Assembly: GCA_963778115.1 (NCBI GenBank)
Contig: CAVZSV010000004.1
Location: 160,001-224,000, forward strand
Direction: 5' to 3'
Origin: an uncultured delta proteobacterium
Lineage (GTDB): Bacteria > Bdellovibrionota > FAC87 > UBA2466
Length of the DNA: 64,000 nucleotides
Part shown: positions 31,561 to 39,767 of the stretch, in pieces
Numbering within the stretch: position 1 is the stretch's first letter
How the letters are laid out: each line of letters starts with the position of its first letter
Notes under the pieces: generated by a model
Told to the model about the DNA's origin: nothing
Databases searched by the model: none
What the model saw: the letters and a program-made list of their open reading frames with translations, nothing else
Translations under genes and position numbers: made by a program

Positions 31561-32601
31561 TTAGTTCGTCGCTGGCGGAGCCATCGTTTCTGGCGTGTTT
31601 CCCATCAAATAGTTCGCTACTCGTCGGGGCATTTCAGAAGTCCGGGAATAAAGCGCGCCACCGACCCCTTCGCTAAGGAGTTGAAGACCACCCTCCGCAA
31701 GCCACGCGACTGGCCAACCGCTCGCCCGGTATTTCTCCGCCAAACGAAAAACAAATTGTGTTTTATTCAAAGACACAAACCTCACATAAAAGACATCAAA
31801 GAGGATTTGGGAAATCTCAATCTTGCCACTCGCCAAGTACTGCCCTAAAGCCGATACGCCAGCCGTAGTGGCAACAATGAGCCTCTTCCCCAGGGTTCGG
31901 TTGGGAATACAACTAAAGGCCGCGATGGTGCTCATTAGAATCCCGTTAAAAAACATATTTCGACGAAAGCCTTCATCCTGCCAGGCTTTGTTCCACGTCG
32001 ATGGATTTAGTATCCCTTTAACAGCAGGGGCATTTTTTCCGGCATAACGTTCCCATTTTGCCTGTAAAGCCGTCGCGGTATTGATGACACTGCTTGCGAC
32101 GAAGAGAATAGATCCTCGAGTCGCGCAACGAGCCACTCCTTCTCCTTTAAGATAGCGCGAGAAGCGGGCCGCATAGTCCTGCGCATCGCCTCTGCCCCCA
32201 TTTCCGGAAGGCCCCCCACTCCAACTTCCCCCGCCACCGTTGCCTCCGCCATTTCCGGGAAGAAAAACGTCATCTATCTGAATGGGCTCCTTGATCAAGC
32301 TTTGAACGGCCTGGTTCAGAGACTCGAAAAGGGCTGTTTTCTTGGCTTTGGAGAGATCGCTATTTTCCACGACCTTAGCCAGAGCAGACCTTAGTCCCTC
32401 AAGAAGGGCCGATTGACCCAAAGTGAGAGGGCTGCCCCCCTGACGAAAGTACTCTTGAAGGTCGGGGGATAGCGAGGGGTCTTGGGTAAGGTCCGTCCGA
32501 AGCCGCTCCGACAGGCTTCTCATTCCGGGATATCGAGAAAAATCCCTATTCCACACGGAATCGAATTCCCGAACGATGGAATCCGCACACGAATTTCGCA
32601 T
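31561..32601 (-). CDS. Hypothetical protein with Gly-rich linker and hydrophobic C-terminal helices; 5' end probably disrupted
   Basis: 346-aa ORF; the in-frame upstream stretch looks like a signal peptide but has no in-frame start codon. Confidence 0.6.
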   Translation of the reverse strand: MRNSCADSIVREFDSVWNRDFSRYPGMRSLSERLRTDLTQDPSLSPDLQEYFRQGGSPLTLGQSALLEGLRSALAKVVENSDLSKAKKTALFESLNQAVQSLIKEPIQIDDVFLPGNGGGNGGGGSWSGGPSGNGGRGDAQDYAARFSRYLKGEGVARCATRGSILFVASSVINTATALQAKWERYAGKNAPAVKGILNPSTWNKAWQDEGFRRNMFFNGILMSTIAAFSCIPNRTLGKRLIVATTAGVSALGQYLASGKIEISQILFDVFYVRFVSLNKTQFVFRLAEKYRASGWPVAWLAEGGLQLLSEGVGGALYSRTSEMPRRVANYLMGNTPETMAPPATN

Positions 32602-32862
32602 CGGCAGCCCGTCCGCACGCCCGATTTGAGAACCAAAATGTAAGAGAAGCAGAAAAGTAGGAACTACCCCCCAGAATTGCCTCCCCCAAACCCAGAAACG
32701 AATACCCGCCCCCTAAAAAAATGTGTCTCTCTGGTCATAACCTACGACTTGCATTAAGGACAACCTCAAATTGGGGCAGTTACCGAGTGAGTAAAACTAA
32801 GGGTTACTGCTTGAAAATTCTTGCAAATTGCCGTCATCAAAAGCAATATCGGTCACTTCCAT

Positions 32863-32935
32863 GTCCCCATGGTCTAGAGGCCTAGGACGTCACCCTTTCA
32901 CGGTGAAAACCCGGGTTCGAATCCCGGTGGGGACG
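32863..32935 (+). tRNA. tRNA-Glu (anticodon TTC), CCA not encoded
   Basis: GTCCCCA/TGGGGAC acceptor stem, GGTCTAGAGGCCTAGGAC D arm, CACC-CTTTCAC-GGTG anticodon arm, CCGGG-TTCGAAT-CCCGG T arm. Confidence 0.96.
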
Positions 32936-32937
32936 GT

Positions 32938-33000
32938 TACCTTTTCGCCTGCGGCGAAAAGGTAGGTTAAGTGTTAACACTTAAGTATTCACACTTAACC
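32938..33000. repeat. Hairpin plus 36-bp palindrome directly after the tRNA
   Basis: TACCTTTTCGCC-TGC-GGCGAAAAGGTA (12-bp stem), then GGTTAAGTGT...ACACTTAACC. Confidence 0.85.
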
Positions 33001-33052
33001 TAAAACCCGAATGGTTTTGAAAAAAGTGGCGTAGCCGCTCTGGTGCCTTTCT

Positions 33053-33416
33053 TACTTCCCATTCTTCTCAATATAGGAAATCAGTCCCGTTAGCGATCGA
33101 GGTGTTCCTCTACGAGGCCCGTTCTCCTCCCAATATCCAAAATCGCAACGCACTCAAACACCGACCCACGCGCGATCCTCCAGAAGTTCGCTTTGTCTTT
33201 TTTGCCGTATCGTGAACAACCCTCGGCGACGTTTAGTGGAATCGATTGACTTGCTCGACGCAGTTGATCTCGCAGTCCAGTTAAAGAGTCGCGGGGCAGA
33301 CGATTACATAAAGTCCCAGAAGAGATCACAAAGTCGAGAGCCTTTTGATAGACAGGCCATTTTTGAAACTCAAAGAGTCCGGTTTCCGGTCTCTTTACGA
33401 AATTTTCGTGCGCCAT
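33053..33416 (-). pseudogene. Four-helix-bundle protein (23S rRNA IVP / TIGR02436-like) with a C-terminal deletion and frameshift
   Basis: FEFQKWPVYQKA, LRDQLRRASQSIPLNVAEG, IARGSVFEC. The ORF stops at 33090, but the family-like tail LTGLISYIEKNGK* follows in another frame. Confidence 0.8.
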
Positions 33417-33441
33417 ACCAACATGGTAAAGGGCCGTTGTC

Positions 33442-34392
33442 TTAATTGCTCCCTATTGGATCCGGTACATAATCAGATAGCTGGAAGGCGAACACAACAT
33501 TAGTCGCGGAGGGAATCGTACCGGTCCCCTCGATGGGAAACAATTGGGCTGCGTAATGAAAACCTTCGCCAGATGTTGGGATAACTTGTCCACATTGGAC
33601 CAGTTCTACTTTTACCTTGCCCCGCTTTTCAGGCTCGAAATTGGAAGGCAATACAATTGAGCGCTCTTCAGCCTTGCGAACTAGCAAGGATTCCGACTGA
33701 ACTTTCTCGAGGGTTTTGGATGATACGACCCTCACTTTTATATGGACGCCCGAATGGTCTTCGCCTTCAATGGCCAGCACCACAATGTGGGCTCCTCCTC
33801 CACTTCCCAGAATTTCCCCCGATTGTTGCCCCAAGTTCAATACGTCCCCAACCGCCAAAGGGGAGGGCGGCCTGAACAATGAAATGGTAAAAACCGGCTC
33901 CCTTCTAATCAGCGACCACCCAACTCGGGAATTTACGCCGACCGCGCCCAGTTCCTGATAGATAGGAGCATAGTGCATTCCCTCACCTGAGCGCGGGATC
34001 TTCGCCCAGCGTTCTTCCAACTTCACATTGGTAGAGCCAACACAATTTAGGGCTGCTCCAAAAGGAACGACGACTTTTTGTACGCTAGCCGCCCTAACTA
34101 CGACCAATTCTGATTTCAATTTTGTTAGCCTGGATTCAGAAACAAGGATGATGCCAAGCTCGGTTCCGGCATCTCCTCTTGCGCCTACCTGGGCAACGAC
34201 AAACTTTCTGCTGCCGCCAGTTCCAAACATCTGTTTTGAAAATCCAGATGAGGAAAGAACGTCCCCGACGGAAAAGTGGGTCCGAAAGGGAGCTGCGACG
34301 GAATTGGCGCAATGAACCGTTCCCCAAACTTGCCCGGAACACATAGCCAAGAAACACAATGCGATCGTTTGTTTCGCCACAACTACCTCCAA
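33442..34392 (-). CDS. Hypothetical secreted protein with a two-fold internal repeat
   Basis: Signal peptide; two ~135-aa units each with VGDVL...G(T/S)GG...IPxSGEGxHYA. Confidence 0.7.
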   Translation of the reverse strand: MEVVVAKQTIALCFLAMCSGQVWGTVHCANSVAAPFRTHFSVGDVLSSSGFSKQMFGTGGSRKFVVAQVGARGDAGTELGIILVSESRLTKLKSELVVVRAASVQKVVVPFGAALNCVGSTNVKLEERWAKIPRSGEGMHYAPIYQELGAVGVNSRVGWSLIRREPVFTISLFRPPSPLAVGDVLNLGQQSGEILGSGGGAHIVVLAIEGEDHSGVHIKVRVVSSKTLEKVQSESLLVRKAEERSIVLPSNFEPEKRGKVKVELVQCGQVIPTSGEGFHYAAQLFPIEGTGTIPSATNVVFAFQLSDYVPDPIGSN

Positions 34393-34562
34393 CTAATCGG
34401 ATACTTGTGGTACCACGAGCTCTATTAGCAAACAATGACAGCTTTATAAGGGGTTGAATTTTATGTCATTATTTTAGCTGCTGTTTACCTCATAGCGAAT
34501 TTGATGTGTAAGTCCGAGCACGTACCCTAGACACGCAGTTCGAAGTTCGTACACCAGGGGAC

Positions 34563-34696
34563 GATTTTTCTGCCTTCGGCAGAAAAATCCCTCTCTAGCC
34601 CTAGCCCAGCACCAGCAATCTGATTTCTTGATTTCTGAACCCAAAGGCTAGAGCTACTGCTAGCGCTAGTGATCAAGGTGTCCGCTTCGCGGACAA
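34563..34696. repeat. Hairpin, CTAG-periodic imperfect inverted repeat and second hairpin upstream of a four-helix-bundle fragment
   Basis: GATTTTTCTGCC-TTC-GGCAGAAAAATC; CTAGCCCTAGCCCAGC...GGCTAGAGCTACTGCTAGCGCTAG; TGTCCGC-TTC-GCGGACA. Confidence 0.75.
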
Positions 34697-34777
34697 CATT
34701 TCAGTTATCCGCGCTCCCTACTCACTCTTTACGAACTCCACGCAAAACTCTAGGACTGGCCCAAGAAGGAGACACCT

Positions 34778-34921
34778 ATGGCGTTCATGTTTGAAAAACT
34801 GGAGGTTTATCAAAAATCACTGGACTGGGTTCAACTCGTCGAAGGCTTGATAAGAGACGCCACAAAAGGTGTCACTCTCCTTTCGGGCTCAAAAGGTACG
34901 GGTCATATTTCGAAAAGATGA
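34778..34921 (+). pseudogene. 5' fragment of a second four-helix-bundle gene, truncated by repeat A
   Basis: AAGGAG SD; MAFMFEKLEVYQKSLDWVQLVEGLIRDA, then reads into the repeat-encoded TKGVTLLSGSKGTGHISKR*. Confidence 0.8.
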
Positions 34922-34983
34922 CCCGTACCTAAAGGGCCCGCAAGGCTAATCATGGATCTGAAAGTGTCACTCTCCTTCCGGGC
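34860..34983. repeat. 124-bp direct repeat, copy 1 (hairpin A + linker + start of hairpin B)
   Basis: Identical to 35764-35887; inner perfect inverted repeat AGGTACGGGTCAT/ATGACCCGTACCT. Confidence 0.95.
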
Positions 34984-35056
34984 CCAAAAAGTACGGGTCA
35001 TCGGTCGTTAGACATGACCCGTTCCGAAAGGGCCCTAAAGGAGAGTCACACCTTTT
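34961..35056. repeat. REP/REPIN-like nested hairpin B, copy 1
   Basis: GTGTCACTCTCCTT...GGGCCC...ACGGGTCA-loop-TGACCCGT...GGGCCC...AAGGAGAGTCACAC; 34964-35055 matches 35593-35684 with 2 mismatches. Confidence 0.93.
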
Positions 35057-35115
35057 CCCCTTTTCCATTGACATCACGCATCCCCCTTCCTTATATCGCT
35101 TCCAAAGGGGGGTCT

Positions 35116-35586
35116 ATGAGACTTCAGACGGCTCTTTTGATCTTGATACTTTCTCTGTCTGAGATCGCTCAAGCGTCTAAGCATAACGTGTTTGTTTGCA
35201 AGACGGGAAACCGATCCATTGCCAATGGTTATTATCTCTTTGCCTATGATGAAAAAGGAGCCATTACCAAGGGCAACCGGGCTGGATATTGCGAGATTAC
35301 TATCAGTGCGGATGGTAAGCCCTTTGGGGAATACTGGTGCTGGGTCGCGGACACTGAAACCGCGAAGACCGAGGAAGGTCAGCTCGCGATCCTATTTAAA
35401 AAATCACTAGGTGACGGGGCCTATCTTTATACCCAGCTGAACCTGCCTGCTACTCTCCTAGAGGACAAACGAGGCGAAGGACGATACCGAACGCTGAGCC
35501 GCCATCCCAAGGACCTCGAGAAATCTCTTTCTCAGAAAGAAGATGTGATTAGCTGCGAAGAAGAGTCGGTCGAGTTTACGGAATAG
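35116..35586 (+). CDS. Hypothetical secreted protein bracketed by hairpin B copies
   Basis: G-rich SD, signal peptide MRLQTALLILILSLSEIAQA, 4 Cys; TTGACA at 35068 upstream. Confidence 0.75.
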   Translation: MRLQTALLILILSLSEIAQASKHNVFVCKTGNRSIANGYYLFAYDEKGAITKGNRAGYCEITISADGKPFGEYWCWVADTETAKTEEGQLAILFKKSLGDGAYLYTQLNLPATLLEDKRGEGRYRTLSRHPKDLEKSLSQKEDVISCEEESVEFTE

Positions 35587-35589
35587 GAG

Positions 35590-35684
35590 AAGGTGTCACT
35601 CTCCTTCCGGGCCCAAAAAGTACGGGTCATCGGTCGTTAGACGTGACCCGTTCCGAAAGGGCCCTAAAGGAGAGTGACACCTTT
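35590..35684. repeat. REP/REPIN-like nested hairpin B, copy 2
   Basis: Perfect 17-bp outer inverted repeat AAGGTGTCACTCTCCTT/AAGGAGAGTGACACCTT; begins 3 bp after the stop codon of the bracketed gene. Confidence 0.93.
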
Positions 35685-35696
35685 AAATTTAAAAAT

Positions 35697-35825
35697 ATGA
35701 GTTTAGGAGACGCTCTCAAAAAGGCCGGGCTTAAAAGCAGTGAGATGAAACGCAAGGAAGCTCCCACAAAAGGTGTCACTCTCCTTTCGGGCTCAAAAGG
35801 TACGGGTCATATTTCGAAAAGATGA
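35697..35825 (+). pseudogene. 5' gene fragment (MSLGDALKKAGLKSSEMKRKEAP) truncated by repeat A
   Basis: Protein-like N-terminus that runs into the same repeat-encoded tail as the 34778 fragment. Confidence 0.55.
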
Positions 35826-35887
35826 CCCGTACCTAAAGGGCCCGCAAGGCTAATCATGGATCTGAAAGTGTCACTCTCCTTCCGGGC
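35764..35887. repeat. 124-bp direct repeat, copy 2 (hairpin A + truncated B)
   Basis: Identical to 34860-34983. Confidence 0.95.
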
Positions 35888-36143
35888 TTCCCCTAGCGTG
35901 GGGAAGAAAAAAGAAGGCTGAACAACAAAGCAAAAATACTTAAGATCAGCATAAAAACTGCGCCAAAATGCTCGAAGACTTTTTTAGTCTTCCAATCGCG
36001 GGCCAATTCCCGAAAACACACCTGCATCGTAAGTCTGTGCTCCTGAAGTGATCAGTTGGGGAGTCGATGCGTCGCCTGCGGCGAGTTGGATATCAACGAT
36101 CGTGGAAGCACTCTTCGAGTTCAAAACGTGCATCTGCGAAATA

Positions 36144-36488
36144 CTACATGGCCCCCATCGCTCTCACTTCCATGATTTCCACCGAGGCCCGAGGAATTCC
36201 CAAATGAGGGTGCTTTTCGAAAGCCTTTGCGGCCGCTTCATGCGATTCAGCCTCCACAAACGAATACAACATGATTTCGTTTCTCGTGTCCGATGTACCC
36301 TCAGAGGAAACACGCTTGGTCCTGCCTCCGGCCGCCGTTTCCTTTATCATCGTTGCATGATCGCTCATCCATTTTTGCCACTCTGCGCGCATTTTTTCTT
36401 CGGCCGATTTTCTTTTGTCGGGATCGGTCTTCTTCCAATCGTCAATCACGGTTGTCGGCGCGAGATATAAAACAAGAAATTTTTTCAT
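36144..36488 (-). CDS. YciI/DGPF-like dimeric alpha-beta barrel protein
   Basis: MKKFLVLYLAP, YSFVEAESHEAAAKAFEKHPHL; AAGGAG SD. Confidence 0.7.
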   Translation of the reverse strand: MKKFLVLYLAPTTVIDDWKKTDPDKRKSAEEKMRAEWQKWMSDHATMIKETAAGGRTKRVSSEGTSDTRNEIMLYSFVEAESHEAAAKAFEKHPHLGIPRASVEIMEVRAMGAM

Positions 36489-36551
36489 AAAAGTCTCCTT
36501 GGAATAGAAATTCTACATGCTAGTCATAAATCTGCAACCTAGTCGTCCTTT

Positions 36552-37451
36552 TCAAACGATATAGCCTTTCATTTTCGCTTCGATCCATGCCATCAATAAC
36601 TGAACTCTACGCGCTAGATTTCTGCGATGGGGGAAAATCAATGAAACGGGCATGGGCTCGGCTCGATATCGGGGAAGGATCTCAATTAGCTCCTTCTTAA
36701 GAAAATGAGACTTCACCGCCACTAAGGGGGTTTGGATGATTCCGTGCCCAGCCAAACATGCCGAAAGGTAGGCCTCCGAATTATTTACGGTCACTCTCCC
36801 GTTCATCCTCACGTTTCTAGGCCTCTCCCCATCGAAATACTCGAAACCTTCTGGTTTTGCCCCTAAGTTAGCGGCGTAGTGGACCAACTCGTGTTTTTCC
36901 AAATCTTTGGTCTGCTGGGGAATACCTTTCTTCTTGAGATATTTACGGCTCGCGCAATTCACGAGGGTAAGCTTTCCCAAACTCCTTACCATTAACCCTG
37001 AATCTGTGAGCTCCCCAACCCTAATCACACAATCAAAGCCCTCTCGGATTAAATCCACTCTTCTGTCAGTGCTACTGAGTTCGATCTCCACTTTGGGGTG
37101 CTTATCCAAAAACTCAGACAGCCGGGGAACTATTAAACTCTTAGCGATACCGTTAGGCATATCGATACGAACACGCCCGGCAACTTGCTTTGCCTCCCCC
37201 TGAAACAAGGATTCAGCTTCTTCAATATCAAAGAGAATGTCCTTGCAGCGATCGTAGAAAATCATTCCGTCTTGAGTCATTTCCACTCGGCGTGTCGTTC
37301 GATGCAGCAGCCTAACCCCCATTAGGGATTCTAGTTGTTGCAAATAAGTAGAGATGCTGGCCTTGGGCATTCCGAGACTCTCCGCAGCTTTGGTGAAGCT
37401 CGAAAGTTCCGCTACTCGAGTAAAGATTCTAAAGGCTTCTAGTTTATCCAT
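36552..37451 (-). CDS. LysR family transcriptional regulator (CrgA-like)
   Basis: SSFTKAAESL, LLHRTTRRV, VDLIREGFDCVIRVG. Confidence 0.95.
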   Translation of the reverse strand: MDKLEAFRIFTRVAELSSFTKAAESLGMPKASISTYLQQLESLMGVRLLHRTTRRVEMTQDGMIFYDRCKDILFDIEEAESLFQGEAKQVAGRVRIDMPNGIAKSLIVPRLSEFLDKHPKVEIELSSTDRRVDLIREGFDCVIRVGELTDSGLMVRSLGKLTLVNCASRKYLKKKGIPQQTKDLEKHELVHYAANLGAKPEGFEYFDGERPRNVRMNGRVTVNNSEAYLSACLAGHGIIQTPLVAVKSHFLKKELIEILPRYRAEPMPVSLIFPHRRNLARRVQLLMAWIEAKMKGYIV

Positions 37452-37465
37452 TTGAGGCTACATTA

Positions 37466-37480
37466 TTCGTATTTCGCGAA
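37466..37480. promoter_or_regulatory. Putative LysR recognition site
   Basis: TTCG-N7-CGAA dyad (T-N11-A) in the divergent LysR/SDR intergenic region. Confidence 0.5.
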
Positions 37481-37576
37481 CAGTATAGTCAATATACGGT
37501 TATTTATACCATTACGCCGAACTGTTAATTTTAAGCCGCGAAAGCAATCAAGCTTTCTCGTTGAAAGAGGAACCAA

Positions 37577-38329
37577 ATGAAAATTGCATTAATAACCGGC
37601 GCAAGTCGGGGACTTGGACAAAACACAGCGTTAAATTTGGCCAAACAAGGGATTGATGTGATCCTTACCTACAAAACCAATCAAAAAGAGGCGGAGCAAG
37701 TGGTTGGTCAAATTCAAAAACTCGAACGAAGGGCGGTTGCTCTGCCCTTAGACGTCGGTGACACGAAGTCCTTCAATGAATTTGTTATCCACGTTATGAG
37801 GGTTCTCAAATCGTCTTGGGACAGAGATTCATTCGACTATTTAATCAACAATGCGGGGATGGGAAAGTACGCTTCGATTTCGCAAACAACGGAAGAACAA
37901 TTCGATGAGCTGATGAACGTCCATTTTAAGGGAACCTTTTTCCTGACCCAAAAACTGCTGCCATTAATTGCCCAGAACGGCCGCATCATTAATCTTTCGA
38001 GCGGGCTTACTCGCTTTGCAACTCCCGGGTACGCCGCTTACGCATCGATGAAAGGTGCGATCGAGGTCTTTACTAGATACCTGGCGAAGGAATTGGGAAG
38101 CCGTGGCATCGCCGTCAATACGGTAGCCCCTGGGGCCATCGAAACCGATTTTGGGGGAGGCTTAGTCCGCGACAACCAAGAAGTAAATGCTCACATTGCT
38201 TCTCAGACTGCCCTAGGCAGAGTCGGAGTGCCCGATGATATTGGTGGGGCAATTGCCAGTTTGCTGCTGGAAGAGAATCGATGGGTAAATGCTCAAAGAA
38301 TTGAGATCTCTGGCGGAATGTTCTTGTAG
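37577..38329 (+). CDS. Short-chain dehydrogenase/reductase
   Basis: TGASRGLG, NNAG, YASMK, VAPGAIETD. Confidence 0.95.
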   Translation: MKIALITGASRGLGQNTALNLAKQGIDVILTYKTNQKEAEQVVGQIQKLERRAVALPLDVGDTKSFNEFVIHVMRVLKSSWDRDSFDYLINNAGMGKYASISQTTEEQFDELMNVHFKGTFFLTQKLLPLIAQNGRIINLSSGLTRFATPGYAAYASMKGAIEVFTRYLAKELGSRGIAVNTVAPGAIETDFGGGLVRDNQEVNAHIASQTALGRVGVPDDIGGAIASLLLEENRWVNAQRIEISGGMFL

Positions 38330-38338
38330 ACAGAAATT

Positions 38339-38377
38339 GGGAGCAGTCAACTTTCGGTGCCAAAGGTTGACTGCCCC
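38339..38377. terminator. Hairpin between convergent genes
   Basis: GCAGTCAACTTT...AAGGTTGACTGC. Confidence 0.55.
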
Positions 38378-38392
38378 GATTTGAAATGTCTC

Positions 38393-38968
38393 TTACTCGC
38401 AAACGAATTTAATGCTCGTATTGTCTACGAGATTCGAATGTCCCGTGTCGTCATCGGGCTCTCCCACCGAAGCGGTCCAGATACGCGCCTTCACTGAGTT
38501 TTTCTTGTGGGCTTTAAGAGCAGCCTCATCCACATAGAGGTAGAAATGGCTACCATAAGAGTCGTCCACGACCGAGACGGCGTCGTTCACGAACACCTCT
38601 TGTGGGGCAGCCTTACCCTTCTTCGCTTTCTTCCCCTTCTTGACTCGACTTGTAGCAACTTTCTTTTTTAGTTCGATGGAAGATTCCTGTTTAAATTTGT
38701 CCTCACCGAGAGCTACGGGAAGCGTGATGGCTTTACCCTTGCTATCAGCGAGCTTGAGGGTTGCCTTATTTCCCTTAACGTCAATGGTAATGGTCTCCAC
38801 TGAGATAAGATCTTCAAAATCGGGATCTCGATCTTCTGCTTCCACCTCGGTCTTAACGTCATCCTTGCTGCAAGAGATCTCAACCGCGCTAGCGCGTTCA
38901 CAAGTCGCGCTGATTCCGACTCCCAACACAAGCAGTCCGCTCAAAATCAACTCTCCACGTACGTTCAT
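38393..38968 (-). CDS. Hypothetical secreted protein
   Basis: GAGGA SD, signal peptide, Cys near both termini, Lys-rich insertion. Confidence 0.65.
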   Translation of the reverse strand: MNVRGELILSGLLVLGVGISATCERASAVEISCSKDDVKTEVEAEDRDPDFEDLISVETITIDVKGNKATLKLADSKGKAITLPVALGEDKFKQESSIELKKKVATSRVKKGKKAKKGKAAPQEVFVNDAVSVVDDSYGSHFYLYVDEAALKAHKKNSVKARIWTASVGEPDDDTGHSNLVDNTSIKFVCE

Positions 38969-39213
38969 GGCTATCCTCATCATACTTTGCCGGCACCCCA
39001 ATGGTTCGGCTTACGGCCGAGAGGTAACGCAATGCAAATCCTGGGTCAATTGGGTTTTCATTAGATTCATCCAAGCGAAAATAGCGTCCGTAAATAGTCG
39101 ATTTCATAGCAATTCAAAGCTGGATTCCGTCCTTGTGCGAGAGGGAGTTGGAGTAGAAACGGGAATGGGATCAATCAATCAACTCTTGTTGCCCAGAGCT
39201 TCGTCGCTACGTC

Positions 39214-39534
39214 TCACTCGCCCTCCCAAGTCACCGTTACGTGGGTTATCTCTGCGAACCATTTCGAATCACATATTGCATAACCAAAACGCCGATTATC
39301 GCGTTCATCAATGGCTTCGAAATAAAAGACACTGCCGCTGACTGGAAGCGAAAAATAGGGTCCTGTCCTAATAAAACGTAGCCGCGCCCGCACTAGAGTT
39401 AAACCATTCTTTTCACACCATTCACGGAGCAGAACTTCCCTTCCCTTACAGAGTAGGTACGCGGTAAGACAAGCAAAAATGCCTCCGAAAACAACTAGAA
39501 ACAAAAATAGCGGTTTGTAGTTTGGAGATTCCAT
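39214..39534 (-). CDS. Hypothetical single-TM membrane protein
   Basis: N-terminal TM helix followed by a small alpha/beta domain. Confidence 0.6.
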   Translation of the reverse strand: MESPNYKPLFLFLVVFGGIFACLTAYLLCKGREVLLREWCEKNGLTLVRARLRFIRTGPYFSLPVSGSVFYFEAIDERDNRRFGYAICDSKWFAEITHVTVTWEGE

Positions 39535-39767
39535 TGAGCATCCTCGTATTTAACTGAACTAATACCACTGTGGATTAGTTTTACGCATTCACTTAATCCG
39601 TTTAGAGCACTTTTCTAGGCTGGAGTATTCACGGTAAAAACGGGACCCTGAGCTGACGAGTAAGGTTCAGTCACTAAGTCTTCGTTCTCTTGCGGATCGA
39701 GCCATTCGCAGAGATAATGTTGTTTTAAGTCTCCCCGTAAACGACTTACTCACTATCCGGAGAAAAT

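Noticed and set aside
33053..34921. Diversity-generating retroelement (four-helix bundle as Avd)
   Set aside because: No reverse transcriptase and no TR/VR pair with adenine-specific mismatches were seen.
35014..35115. N-terminal extension MTRSERALKES on the ORFs at 35014 and 35643
   Set aside because: Encoded by hairpin B; better starts are ATG 35116 (SD + signal peptide) and ATG 35697.
34860..35887. CRISPR array or classical integron attC array
   Set aside because: Units are about 90-124 bp, spacing is irregular and gene-sized, there are no cas or intI genes in the window, and attC RYYYAAC/GTTRRRY ends are absent.
36072..36084. TCGCCTGCGGCGA identical to the core of the post-tRNA hairpin (32945-32957)
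   Set aside because: Only 13 bp, no extended stem, and it lies within a plausible minus-strand coding remnant; likely chance.
38640..39341. 233-aa plus-strand ORF and similar long antisense ORFs (5607-6158, 46616-47170)
   Set aside because: Shadow ORFs opposite better-supported genes, with no recognisable motifs.
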